Shown here in pieces: positions 1-12,211 of a stretch of DNA of 64,000 nucleotides. A program made the position numbers and the translations under genes. How positions within the stretch are numbered: position 1 is the stretch's first letter; each line of letters starts with the position of its first letter. Under the pieces are notes generated by a model, which saw only the letters and a list, made by a program, of their open reading frames with translations, was not told the origin of the DNA and ran no database searches. This DNA is from Octopus bimaculoides (Eukaryota): contig NC_068987.1 of NCBI RefSeq assembly GCF_001194135.2, forward strand, positions 45,881,378-45,945,377. Direction: 5' to 3'.

Positions 1-31
<31 letters not shown>

Positions 32-611
32 GTGTGTGTGTGTATATATATACATATATGTATATATATATATATATATATATACACATGTGTGTGTGTA
101 TTTGTGTCTGTGTTTTCACTAACTTGAAAAGCTTATGTTGAATTTATATTATGTCTCCCTATGTCTCATAACCTAGCAGTATGCTAAATTGAGTTTGAGA
201 AAATTAGTATCAGACTGAAATATGTGTTGAAGTTGTTAGTATCTAGTAAAGCCTTGAAAGTGGTATCCAGCTTGACCACAGTTTAATAGCTGAAGCCAAT
301 GAAAGAAAGAATTAATTATTATCAATGCAATTAGTATTGGAATGAACTAGCATGAAAGTCTCATGTTTAGTTCTTTAGGTTATGATGATGGCTGTAGTGG
401 TGATGATGATGTTGTAGGCTGTTAGTAGTGGTAGAGGTAATGGTAATGATGATGATGATGATCATGATGATGATGGCAGTTGTGACAATGACATGTTTAT
501 ATATCATTACATAATGATTTAATAGATTTGTCTGATGGTGACAATGATGATGCCAATCACCAGAAAGAACACACACACAGACACATTGTATGTGTATGTG
601 CATATGCATAT

Positions 612-703
<92 letters not shown>

Positions 704-708
704 ATATA

Positions 709-1085
709 GGCACAGGCGTGGCTGTGTGATAAGAAGCTTGATTCCCAGCCACAAGGTTCTATGTTCAGTCCTACTGTGTGGCCACCTTGGGCAAATGTCT
801 TCTGCTATAGCCTCAGACTGACCAAAGCCTTTAGAGTGGATTTTGTAGACAGAAACTGAAAGAAGATCATCATATATGTATATATGTTTATGTGTGTGTG
901 TCTCTGTGTTTGTCCCCTTGCAGTTGCTTGACAAATGCTGCTGGTGTATTTATGTCTCTGTAACTTAGTGGTCTGGCAAAAGAGACCAATAAGCTGACAA
1001 AGAATAAGTCCTGGCATAAATTTCTTTGACTAAAGTCCTATAAGGCTGCAGTAAAATGACTGAAACAAGTAAAAGAATAAAAGAA
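709..1085 (+). mobile_element. SINE family B (tRNA-like head, internal TA/TG microsatellite, AAAAGAAT/AAAAGAGT tail)
   Basis: Head GGCACAGGCGTGGCTGTGTG...GTTCAGTCC, body CCTTGGGCAA.TGTCTTCT.CTATAGCC, tail GACTGAAACAAGTAAAAGAATAAAAGAATA. Confidence 0.85.
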
Positions 1086-1889
1086 TATATATATATGTCT
1101 GTACATACACATACCAGTAAGAGTACTTTATGTCTCATTCCACTCCCACATATTGTTTACATAGTAACAGTCATACAGCTGACTAAAACAGCTTTCATTT
1201 CTGCAACTGGCATCACAAACTAACTATTCACCACTGACACCTCCTTTGCCAGGACTATCAGCACTATCATATGCTGGGTGGAGATAATGATGGCAGGTTG
1301 GTCTCTGTTCAGAAATGGAACTTAACACTCAATTATCCACTGAAAGTTTTATTTATTTAACCGTTTTATTTTATTTTGTTTATAGTTCCAATTTTAAAGC
1401 TTTAATTTTATGAGCTTGCATTCCTTCATTTTGCAGAGGAAAATGATCCATTATTTTTTTCACTTCTGCAATATTTAATATTTTCTGTCTGTCCCTTGGC
1501 GTTATATTGAATATTAATTATCTGTTTTTTTACTGTCAATGTATGAAATCATTGATGTAATGTTGCAGTCATGTATAATGTTACCATTATTGTTATTGTT
1601 ATTACTAAGATGACCAAATGTTTTTCAGCTGAGCTGTTCAGAAATAATAGAAAAGGTTGGGGGGGGGGGGAAACAATTTAGTTATAATAGAAAATTTGTC
1701 TCAATTTTCGTACAATCTGAAAATCTAAAGCTACTTCTAAGAGTTAAATAGCTGCAAAAGTCCCTTGGTGGTCATTTGTTGAACAAGATATATTGTAATA
1801 TTGTGTAGACACCATAAAGTATGTAATACATATTTTATTACAATAAACCTAAGCCAAGAATATATTGTTTGCAATAATTGTTTCCTTAA

Positions 1890-2265
1890 TCCTTTTGATA
1901 TCAACCTACCTACCCAACACTGCTCCTTGTTCTGTGATATAAAGTGCCCATTTTGAAGTGATCTAAATTAAAATCTTCCATCAAAATTTCGTGCTAATTT
2001 ATGTTCCAAACACCTGTGTATTAAGGACAAACTTATTTTACTAAATTCTTCATTATTTTTCAAAATTAATTGAAACAAAAGCAGTGTAGTTTAATAGATA
2101 TATGGTAACAAAAGAATTAAAGTGATCTAAATTTAAACCTTCCATCAAAATTTCATGTTAAGTTATGTTCTAAATGCCTTCTTAATAATGACAAACATTT
2201 TACAAAATTCTTCATTATTTTCAAAATTAATTGCATAAATTTAAAGGCAGTGTATTTCAATAGGA
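1890..2265. mobile_element. TTAA-flanked MITE (piggyBac-like termini) followed by a partial tandem duplicate
   Basis: TTAA at 1886-1889 and 2117-2120, with imperfect TIRs (TCCTTTTGATATC / GGTAACAAAAGAA). The internal AAGTGATCTAAATT..CCATCAAAATTTC block repeats at 2121-2265. Confidence 0.65.
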
Positions 2266-3056
2266 TTAAGAACTAACAGTATTTTGTTATTTACAGAATA
2301 TCAATAATAACATGATAGGAATCTCAGAACTCTAATGCCTGTCAGTTGGTACTTCAAATAGTGGGAAAACAAAAACTCAAACGGAAATAGATGAAAGTAA
2401 CTAAAAATAATTCATTTTGGATTGTTGGACATCTTCAGTAGACTTGATATATTCTGGATAAGTATGTTCATTCTAAATGAAATGATCTATTCTGAAATGA
2501 TGTTCATTGTCCAAATTAAAATGTCTAAGATGTAGCGATGTGTCAGTTAAGGTCCACCATTTATCTTTCTTCACTGGAACTTGTGAAGGTTTTATTATTC
2601 ATAAAATTGAAGCAAGGTTCTTTGCTTCAGGAGAAATTTGAATTTTAGATAAACTTTGGAAGGTACAGAAATGCAAAATGAGTGACTTATCAACATGGCT
2701 AAGGAAGTTGGACAGAAATATAGAACTTCTTGAGCAATAAAACTTCCAAACGAAATTCAGACCTGAGGCAGGAATTCCCAACCATTTGGTTTTTTGTTCA
2801 GTCCTGCTATGTGGCATCTTGAAAGTTCTTCTACAATAGCCTCAAGCCAATCTTAGACTTGGTAGACAGAAACTGTTTTTGTTTTGTTTTTTTTTTGTTT
2901 TGTAGCATATTCAATGGTTGTGTAAATTCTACCTCACTGGTCTAATAAATCTGTTATGGAAGTGGAAGATGGAAATGTAGTCAGCTCAAACTTGTGACCA
3001 TGTAGTTGCAAAGCAGACTTCTTCACTGCATAGCTACACATGCTCCTATGTGTGTG

Positions 3057-3088
<32 letters not shown>

Positions 3089-3349
3089 TGTATGTATGTA
3101 TGTATGCATGTATGCATGGTGATACGAACATGAAAATAGGACTCACTTGACAACTGATCTTAGTTTGTTTATGTACCTGTAACTTAGTGATTTGGTAAAA
3201 GCATATGATAGAATAATTATCAGGCTTTGAAAAGGAAAAAATAAAGCACTGGGGTCAATTTGTTCCACTAAAAACCCTTCAAGGCAGTGCCCCAGCATGA
3301 CCATAGTCCAATGACTGAAACAAGTAAAAGATAAAAGAAAGACAGCGCC

Positions 3350-3405
<56 letters not shown>

Positions 3406-3842
3406 CTATTCTTTTCCTCTTCCTCCTCATCATCATCACTGCTGCCACCACCACAACCACCATCATCAATGCAATAAAATATAATAATAATGATTGTCAT
3501 TACTGTAGTTATACCTTTAGAAAACAGTCTCATCTAGACTAGATGGCCAAAATACATCAATAATTTACTCTTGCCTTATGTATGAAGATCTTGATTGCAT
3601 GTTGGTGGCCATTAGGATCATTGAAGCAAGCTGTTGTCTGACAAATTAAAAGCAATTATTTGCAACTGCAGTTGCTTTCTTTGTAGTGATGCTGCACTTC
3701 ATGCAAATTGTGTGGAATATGAGAGAGAAAGAAGACAATGGGAACAGAGGAGAAAAGTCAGTAGTCCTTGACATATGATACTCTTATGTTCACCACTGCT
3801 GCTACTGTTGCTAATAATAATAATAATAATAATAATAATAGT

Positions 3843-5894
3843 TCTTTCCAACTCTAGCACAAGGTCAGCAATTTTGAGGGGAGGGAAAGCTGATTACATC
3901 GACCTCAGTACCTTATTTTATTGATCCTGAAAAGATGAAATGCAAAGTTGACCTCAGCAGAATTTGAACTGAGGGCAGAAAGAGCCAGAAGAAATGCAAC
4001 AAAGCATTTTGTCCAACATGCTAACGGGACAGGCCTTGAGTCTTTGATCCAGATAGTGAGAATATTCAGTAAAAATATTGGTATGCAGTTTGGGGTAAAT
4101 AAGTGTGCAGTCCTAATTATGAAGAGAGGCTGGAAGGTAAACTCTAATGACATAAAATTACAACACAGCATCATTAGATAGCTGTGGAATAATGAGGAGT
4201 ACAAATATCTAGGAGTGCTGCAAGACAATAGGATAATAGAAGGAGAAATGAAGGAGCCAGAGATACTCAAGAAGTGACTAAAACAGGAGAATACAAAGAG
4301 AACAAGAAAATGGAAAGAAATGGAACTACATAGCCAATTCATGTGACAAACTGAGAATGCTGGAAGTAAAGATTGCTGGCTCTGGCTGACAGATGAGAAC
4401 TTGACATGAGACAGTAATGCTAACTATAGCTGCTCAGGAACAAGCCCTTAGAACAAATCTGATAAAAGCGAAGATTGACAAAACTCAGTCAGACAGCAAA
4501 TATAGAATCTAGAGGAAAGCAGATGAAAGTATCAATCATCTTTTAAGTGAGTGCTGTACATGAAAAGAGTACATTGGGATGTTAGCTAAGTGTGTAGCTT
4601 CAAAATAACATAAAAATGGTATGAACATGAATCAGAGGATGTGATAGAGAATGAAAATTAGAAGATCTTGTGAGACTTTACCATAAAGACTGACCATACT
4701 ACAGAAGCAAGAAGACCAAAATAAACAGTTTAAGATCATAGATTTTGCAGTCCCCCTATGATAGCAGATACATAAGATATTGGACAAATGGAGAAAAGAT
4801 ATGTGATACCAAAGATATTGGAAAAATGAAGAAATATCAGGATCTCGCTAGAGTGGTGAGGTGATTGTGGAAGACTAAGACGACAATTATTAGCTAAATT
4901 AGCTTGCCACTGGTGTAATGATGATGAAGAACATGATGATGATGATAATAATAATCCTTTCTACTATAAGCACAAGACCTGAAATTTTTGGGAAGGAAGT
5001 AAGTCAATTACATCAACCCCAGTACTCAACTCATACTTATTTCATTAACCCCAAAAGAATGAAAGGTAAAGTTGATTTTAGTGGAATTTGAACTCAGAAC
5101 CTAGCAGAGAACAAAATGTCACTAAACACTTTGCCTGGTGTGCTAACGACTCTGCCTGCTTGCTACCTTAATAATAATAATGATGATGATGATGCTTTCA
5201 AATTTTGGCACAAGGCCAGCAATTTTAAAGGAAAGGTATGTTGATTACATCAACATCAGTACTTGACTGGTACTTTATTTTATCAACCCTGGAAGGATGA
5301 AAGGCAAAGTTGATCTTGGCAGGATTTGTTTTCAGAATGTAAAGAACTGGAAGAGATGCTGCTAAGTATTTTGTTCAACGTGCAAATGCTAAGACTGGCT
5401 GCTGCTGTTGTTGTTGTTGTGGTGACGGTGGTGGTGGTGGTGGTAGTGCTGGTGTTGCTGTCATCATCATCATCATCATCATCATATACACAGGCACAAA
5501 GCCAACAATTTGAGGGAAGGGGAACAGTCTATTATATCAACAACAGTATTTGATTTTACCAACCCTGGAAGGACGAAAGGCTAAATACTATTTTATTAAC
5601 CTCTGAAGGACGAAATCACTCCTACTTCAATAAAATAGCAAAACTTGATGGGATTTGAACAAGATTGTAAAGGTCTGCAGCTCTACACTGCAAGACAGTT
5701 TGTTGATCACTCCACCTGTTTGGCCAACCCAATAGATAATGAGCTACAGGTAAATACTTAATTAAGCAGACATTACCCTGTGGCTTACTAAAAAACTTTT
5801 AAACCTGCCAAATCCTGACTGTTAATTGTGCTATTCCTGTTTTGGTTGTTACTTCACCATCATTAGCACCACCACCACCACCATTATTATTATT

Positions 5895-5965
<71 letters not shown>

Positions 5966-6500
5966 AAATGTTTGAAACTATTGTTATCATCATCAGCAGC
6001 ATTATAATCATCATTTTCATCTTTATCATTATTATCATTTTTCAGGATGTATTGGCAAATTAGGTCTTAAGTTGGTGAACTAGCAGAACCATTAGCATGT
6101 CAAGCAAAATGCTAAGTAGCATTTCAGCAGGCTCTTTACATTCTGAGTTCAAATTTTGCCAAGATCAACTTTGCTTTCAGGCTTGATTAAATAAAGTACC
6201 AGTTAAGTACTTGGGTCAATGTAATTGATTCCCCCTCCCCTCAAAATTTCTGGCCTTGTGCCAAAATCAGAATTATTATTATTATGGTGGTAAGCTGGCA
6301 GAGCTCTTACTATGCCAGGTAAAATGTTAAGCGGCATTTCATCCATCTTTACGTTCTGTATTCAAATTTCGCTGAGGTCAACTTTGCCTTTCATCTTTTT
6401 GGGGTTGATAAACTAAGTACCACTGAAATACTGGGGTCAATGAAATCGACTAGGCCCTTCCCCACCAATTTCAGGCCTTGTGCCTACAATAGAAAGGATT
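3843..6500. mobile_element. Cluster of SINE family A copies
   Basis: Minus copies at about 3843-4030, 4955-5165, 5195-5400 and 5480-5720; plus copies at about 6060-6270 and 6285-6500. All share GAGTTCAAATT..GAGGTC.ACTTTGCCTTTCATC..AAGTACCAG..CTGGGGT..GGCCTTGTGCC. Confidence 0.82.
4031..4890 (+). pseudogene. Decayed R4/Dong-like non-LTR element (RT thumb, zinc knuckle, restriction-like endonuclease)
   Basis: Broken frames read SLIQIVRIFSKNIGMQFG, EYKYLGVL, KWKEMELHSQF, IAAQEQALRTNLIKAKIDK, decayed CCHC (YRI*RKADESINHLLSEC), KWYEHESEDVIENEN, EARRP...IIDFAVPYD and KYQDLAR..LWKTKTTII. Confidence 0.85.
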
Positions 6501-6548
6501 ATTATTATTATTATTATTATTATTATTGTTGTTATTATTAAATTTTGT

Positions 6549-6850
6549 GAAGGTGCATGGCTCAGTGGTTAGAGCAAAGAGCTTATGATCATGAGGTTGT
6601 GAGTTCGAATCCCAGATCAGGCTGCGTGTTGTGTTCTTGAGCAAGACACTTTATTTCACGTTGCTCCAGTTCACTCAGCTGTAGAAATGAGTTGCAACAT
6701 CACAGGTGCCAAGCTGTATCGGCCTTTGCCTTTCCCTTGGATAACATTGGTGGCATAGAGAGGGGAGGCCGGTATGCATGGGCGACTGCTGGTCTCGACT
6801 TGTGCCTTTCTAGGTGCAATCCCATGGTCAGTCATGACCGAAGGGGGTCT
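6549..6850 (+). mobile_element. tRNA-derived CORE-SINE (family C)
   Basis: A box TGGCTCAGTGGTTAG and B box GAGTTCGAATCCC. 6630-6692 (TGTGTTCTTGAGCAAGACACTTTATTTCACGTTGCTCCAGTTCACTCAGCTGTAGAAATGAG) aligns by eye with the MIR CORE domain. Confidence 0.85.
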
Positions 6851-8889
6851 CGCCATTAAATTTTACTTTGGAGAAGTTGTTTGGTGGCTGAGACTGAAAG
6901 GACTGACTCTAACATAAAATTACAGTGGAATTCTCTCATGACAATGTTGCTGTTGTTGTTGCCTAGGTGAGCCCTGACTGAGTTGACTGTGATTAAAGGT
7001 GTTCTTCTGATTCTTCAAAGCCAAGTGTATCTAGAGCTATATTGTCCACTGTATCCATCCTTATTTTCTTAAAAAAGAGAAGGGTGAGATTTGAGGGAGA
7101 ATTTGTTGCCTTTTCTAACAGGTCAAGTGACAATGTAGAACCTCATTTGCTAACTAACATGTGTGCATATGTGAGGGTGTGCTTGTGTGCATGTTGGCAT
7201 GTTTGTGCATGGCTGACTGTCTGTGTGTGTATGTATGTGTGAGCATGTGTGTGCATTTTTCGTGTGTATATACATGTGTATACAACTGTGTGTGTTTGTT
7301 TGTTGATGGTGGTTATAAAGACAGAGATAAGTGTGAACTAGGCACTGCCAAAAGATGAAGTTGACAAGAATAATGATAATAACAGTCATATTGTGGGTAA
7401 CAATGGTAATAGCAGTAGTTTGTTAATGTGGTTGTAATGGTAGCAGCAGTAGTTTAAGTAATGAAGGCAGCAGTAATGAGATAAAGACATCAGAATTACT
7501 TTTAATAGTCACTATAGTGATGATAGTATGGTTGGCAGCAGTGGTGGTGGTCGTGGTAAGAGGGTGTTGTTGGTGGTAGAAGTAGTGTTGACTGTAGGCA
7601 AGTGAGATTCAATTGGTTGTGATTATCCCATGCATACTCAGCTAGCAGGCATATGTCTTAGCATGTAGATAAGACTTATCAACAATAATAGGTTGTAACT
7701 GATAACTGCACCGTAAATATTGCAACTGCACTATATGTTCTTCCTTTTAATAGTTTAAGGAACAACCAGATTATTTTTATATTTCTGTGTTTCTATGAAA
7801 TTGGTATTTAAGAAACTAGTGCCTCTAAGAAAACAATCTTGACACCAATATAACATTTTTTAGAATTTTTTTTTATTAGGAAGGCGAAATTGTCAGTTAG
7901 TGCTATACCTTCTGGATACCATCATGAAACAGGGCAGATATTCTTCAAAGTTAGATCAAGCTGGTGGAGAAAACGTGTAGTGGTTCTTCATAGACACAAC
8001 CTTTAACACTTTTGTTACCATAATTCTTTTGAAACACTGCATCATCATCATCACTATCAGATTCATTTACTATCCATGTTCCATGCTGACATAGGTTGGA
8101 TAATATGACAGGATCTGATGAGTCTAAAGACTGCACCCAATGTTTGCTTTGGCACAATTTCTATGGCCGGATATCCTTGCTAATATCAACCACTTTACAG
8201 CATGTACTAGGAGCTTTTTTTTTGTGTGGCACTAGCACTAGTGAGGTCACCATTCATCTTGTAAGGATAAGAACCCCTTCAACTGAATGAGGCAGCTTTA
8301 TGAGGAGATAAGGTTTGAGAGAAGGGTCCTGAATAGAACAAGTATCACATAGTTACCCATATAATAGAAGAGAGGACGGGAGTAACAAGTCTGTTTCAAT
8401 TAATTTTGAAAATTATGAAGAACTTGTCGTTTGGAACATAAATTAATATTAACTTTTGATGGAAGGTTTTAGTTTAGATCATTTTAAAACCTGAAGTTTG
8501 TATCATAGAAATATGGGCAAATACTTTTATTATTAAGCTGGTGTTTGGAACATGAATTAGTAAGGAATTTTGATAGGTTTTAAATTAGAACCCTCAAAGC
8601 AGGAAGTTTGTTTCATAGAACAGTGGGTGGTCTCAGGCAGATTGGTAAAAGATTGTGATTCCTTAGCCATATTTTCAATCCAGAGATTACAGTAAACTTA
8701 TAGATTGTAGTAGAAGTTGTGTTCTTTCTTGGCATTGATATATCAAACTGGCTGTTAAGAGGTGGTAGTTTACCAACACTGTGTTTGTGGTCAGTCATAC
8801 TGTGCCAATTTTTTAGTTTATTATTGGTTCTGAGACATTGTGGGCTCAGGATCAGCTGGAGCATTGATTTATATATTGAATAAGATTCT

Positions 8890-9200
8890 ACCTCTAAATA
8901 AAGGTATGATACTGTGTATGAAGATCAATACTAGAGAGTAGCAATATACAGGAATTGAATATGTATAGTGATATGTGAAAGTTAGAAAGAAATGAAACAA
9001 GCATGCTTCACTGGGTATTAGCTTGTATAAGCAATGGAGCATAAATGGTCTGAGAGAGAAACTGGGTATAAGAGGAATTAACTGTTATGTGTATAAGACT
9101 GCACTAGTAGAAACATGTGGTACATATAAAGGAAGAGGGTATTGGTTCTAATTGGAAGGAATCTGCAGAAGAGGAAGACAAGCTTTTAGATGAAGAACTA
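8890..9200 (+). pseudogene. Very decayed RTE ORF2 C-terminal relic
   Basis: RNETSMLHW...GLREKLGIRGI resembles RNEASMLRW...LREKL of the RTE C-terminus. Confidence 0.5.
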
Positions 9201-9342
9201 TTTAAGTTGGTTGAACTTCTTGAATGAGATGAGAAGAAACTGCAATATGTAACAAGACACTGTACTGGTGAAGTTTCTCAAAACTCATATCAGCATAGAA
9301 ATATGTATATAAAATGATGAACTTGTATTTGATGTTAGTATT

Positions 9343-12211
9343 CTTCATCGTCCAACATCTGCCCTCCATGCTAGCATGGGTTGGACGATTTGACCGAGGA
9401 TTGGTGAACCAGATGGCTGCACCAGGCTCCAATCTGATCTGGCAGAGTTTCTAGAGCTGGATGCCCTTAACGCCAACCACTCTGATAGTGTAGTGGGTGC
9501 TTTTACATGCCACTGTCACGAGGGCCAATCAGGCGGTACTGGCAACAGCCACACTCAAAATGGGTTTTTTTATGTGCCACCTGCACAGGAGCCAGTCCAG
9601 CGGCACTGGCAGCGACCTCACTTGAATGTTTTTTCATGTGCCACTGGCACAAGTGCCAGTAAGTCGACGCTGGTAATGATCACACTCAAATGGTGCTATT
9701 TTTGTGCCACTGGCACAGAAACCAGACAGCTGCTCTGGCAATGATCATGCTTGGACGGTGCCGTTAGCGCTTCACTGGCACAGGTGCCAGTCATCGAATT
9801 TGGTTCAATTACAGTTTCGATTTCACTTGCCCCAACAGGTCTTCACAAGCAGAGTTTAGTATCCAATGAAGGAAAGGCTGGCATGGGTGCCAGTCATCGA
9901 ATTTGGTTCGATTTCAATTGTACTTGCCTCAACAGGTCTTCGCAAGCAGAGTTTAGTGTCCAATGAAGGAAAGGTATGCATAAGTGGGCTGGCTACATCT
10001 CTAGCAGAGACTTTGGATTTTGGTCTCACTTGGCTTACCGGGTCTTCTCACACACATCTTATTTCCTAAGGTCTCAGTCACAAGTCATTGCCTCGGTGAG
10101 GCCTAATGTTCAGAGGTCATGCTTCACCATCTCATCCCAGGTCTTCTTGGGTCTGCCTCTTCCACAGGTTTCCTCAACTGCTAGGGTGTGGCACTTTTTC
10201 ACATAGCTATCCTCATCCATTCTCGCTACATGACCGTACTAGTGCAATCGTCTCTCTTGCACACCACAACTGATGCTTCTTAGGTCTAACTTTTCTCTCA
10301 AGGTACTTACACTCTGTCGAGTATGCATACTGACATTACACATCCATCAGAGCATACTGGCTTCATTTCTTGCGAGCTTACGCATGTCCTCAGCAGTCAC
10401 GGCCCATGTTTCACTGCCATATAGCATGGCTGTTTGTACACATGCATCATACAGTCTGCTGTTTACTTTGAGCGAGAGGCCCTTTGTCACCAGCAGAGGT
10501 AAGAGTTCTCTGAACTTTGCCCAGGCTATTCTTATTCTAGCAGCTACACTTTCAGTGCACCTTCCCCCGCTACTAACTTGGTCACCTAGACAACGGAAGC
10601 TATCAACTACTTCTAGTTTTTGTCCCTGGAATGTGGCAAAAGTTGTTTTCTGCACATTTTCAGTGTTTATTGCTCCTGAGCATCTGCCACATACAAAAAC
10701 TAACTTCCTAGTTAGCCTTCCTTTGATATTACTGCACCTCTTATGTGTCCATAGCTTACACTGGGTACATCTTATAGAGTTTCTACCTACGCCTTTTCTA
10801 CAGATCGAACAGGGCCATCTACCTGAAGGGGTTTGTGTTTTGTCTACCTTCCTACTTATTAGGACTTTGGTTTTAGCTAGGCTGACTCTAAGGCCATTCG
10901 ATTCTAGTCCATTCATCTATCCCTAGTTTCCTCATTGACCACCAGATAAGGGAACGGGGGACCTTGTCAAAGGCTTTCTCCATGTCATCGAAAGCCAGGT
11001 ACAGAGGTTTATCTTTGGCTAGGTATTTCTCCTGCAGCTGTCTTACCAGGAATATAGCGTCAGTGGTGCTTTTCCCTGGCATGAACCCAAACTGTATCTC
11101 ATCTAAACTGACTCTCTCCCTAATTAGTTGGGCTATGAACCTTTCCGTGACTTTCATTACCTGATCCAACAACTTGATACCTCTGTAATTATTTGTATCT
11201 AAAGCGTCACCTTTACCTTTGTAACAGTTGACTATGATGCTGCTACACCAGTCATTGGGTATGACTCCTTCGTCTATCACCTGGTTAACAATATGGGTGA
11301 CTAGGCTATTGCCGACACTGCCAGATATTTTGAGCATCTCTGCAGTGATTCCTGATGGGCTGGGAGCTTTCCCTGTCTTCATACTCTTAATTGCTTTATC
11401 TATCAAAGTACTGTCAACTCGGATAGCTGGTCCCTCTGTTGGGTCGGCATTCAGCAGACTCTCTTTCTCCCATTCATTCTCTTTATTGAGCAACCTTTCA
11501 TAGTGGCATCTCCAAAGCTCTCTCTTTGCAGCCACGTTTAGTGCAAGTGAGCCATCATCCATGCAGACACATTTCTCTCCTATGACATCATGATTCTCTC
11601 TCACAAACTGTCTTGCAACACGAAATACCTCAAGTTTTTGGTCCTCATGGCACAGAACATTAACAAATTTTTTCTTATCTACTTCCCCTCTGGCTAAATA
11701 AACCTGTCTCCTAGCTTCCCTTCTGGCAGTCTGATACAATTCCCTGCTACCACCGTTCTTTCAGTCCTTCCAAGCCTGTTTCTTTTGTCTAATAGCCCTG
11801 TCAACAACATTGTTCCACCACCACGTTATTTTGGGTTGAAAGGGGATTTTGCACCATCCACAGATCTGGTCAGTGGCCCTCAGCAGGTTGTCCTGTAGAA
11901 ACCTCCAGTTGTCTTCTACATCGTGTGAAGCTATATCCCCTTCTATTTTGTCAAAGGCTTCGAGTAATATGTCTCTAAATCTCTGTCCATTCTCAGGATC
12001 TTTAAGCTTCCAGACCCTTCTCCATGCTGGTCGTCTTCTGGGCAACCACTTAGCCCTGATCCTGAAGTCACTAACTACTAGTTTATGTTATGGGGCACGT
12101 TCATTGCCTGGGAAGGTTTTGGCATTTATAAGCAACCGTCCTTCCCTTTTTCTGGCAAGGATGTAGTCTGCCAGAACGGTAGGTGACTAGGTGGCTGGCA
12201 GGTTTCCTGAA
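9343..12211 (-). mobile_element. 5'-truncated RTE-clade non-LTR retrotransposon (endonuclease C-terminus, linker, RT with PHD-type finger, 3' UTR), with internal deletion
   Basis: Minus-strand translation gives APE C-terminus (HLVTY..DYIL..K..PG..HKLVVSD), RT motifs (KAPSPSGITAEMLK, NYRGIKLL, QFGFMPGKSTTDAIF, AFDDMEKAFDKVPR) and a C-terminus (ARIRIAWAKFRELLP, AMLYGSETW, GRGRPKKTW) ending in TGA at 10026-10028. The 3' end is a short GAT/GAA tail. A 9-bp TSD GTTAGTATT lies at 9334-9342 and 12212-12220. Confidence 0.95.
10026..12211 (-). pseudogene. Disrupted RTE ORF2 (endonuclease-RT)
   Basis: ORFs 11761..12045, 10888..11739 and 10347..10916 join through stops and frameshifts. The central RT motifs (GVxQGS, YADD) are missing at the 10909-10910 junction. 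Confidence 0.93.

Noticed and set aside
2340-2620. Minus-strand CTGAAGA motif with a PLE-like tail
   Set aside because: Stems II and III cannot be formed convincingly.
5640-5755. Open frame ending at CAG|GTAAAT
   Set aside because: The sequence is a decayed family-A SINE head.
6549-6620. tRNA-like sequence
   Set aside because: It is a SINE head with A/B boxes, no complete cloverleaf, and continues into the CORE body; not a tRNA gene.
8110-8135. CTGATGA-GTC-TAAA-GAC hammerhead-like start
   Set aside because: No GAAA follows, and it lies inside an antisense RTE-type SINE tail.
10273-10926. 217-aa plus-strand ORF, and similar ORFs 11228..11503, 11849..12166 and 43323..43619
   Set aside because: Antisense shadows of the RTE ORF2.
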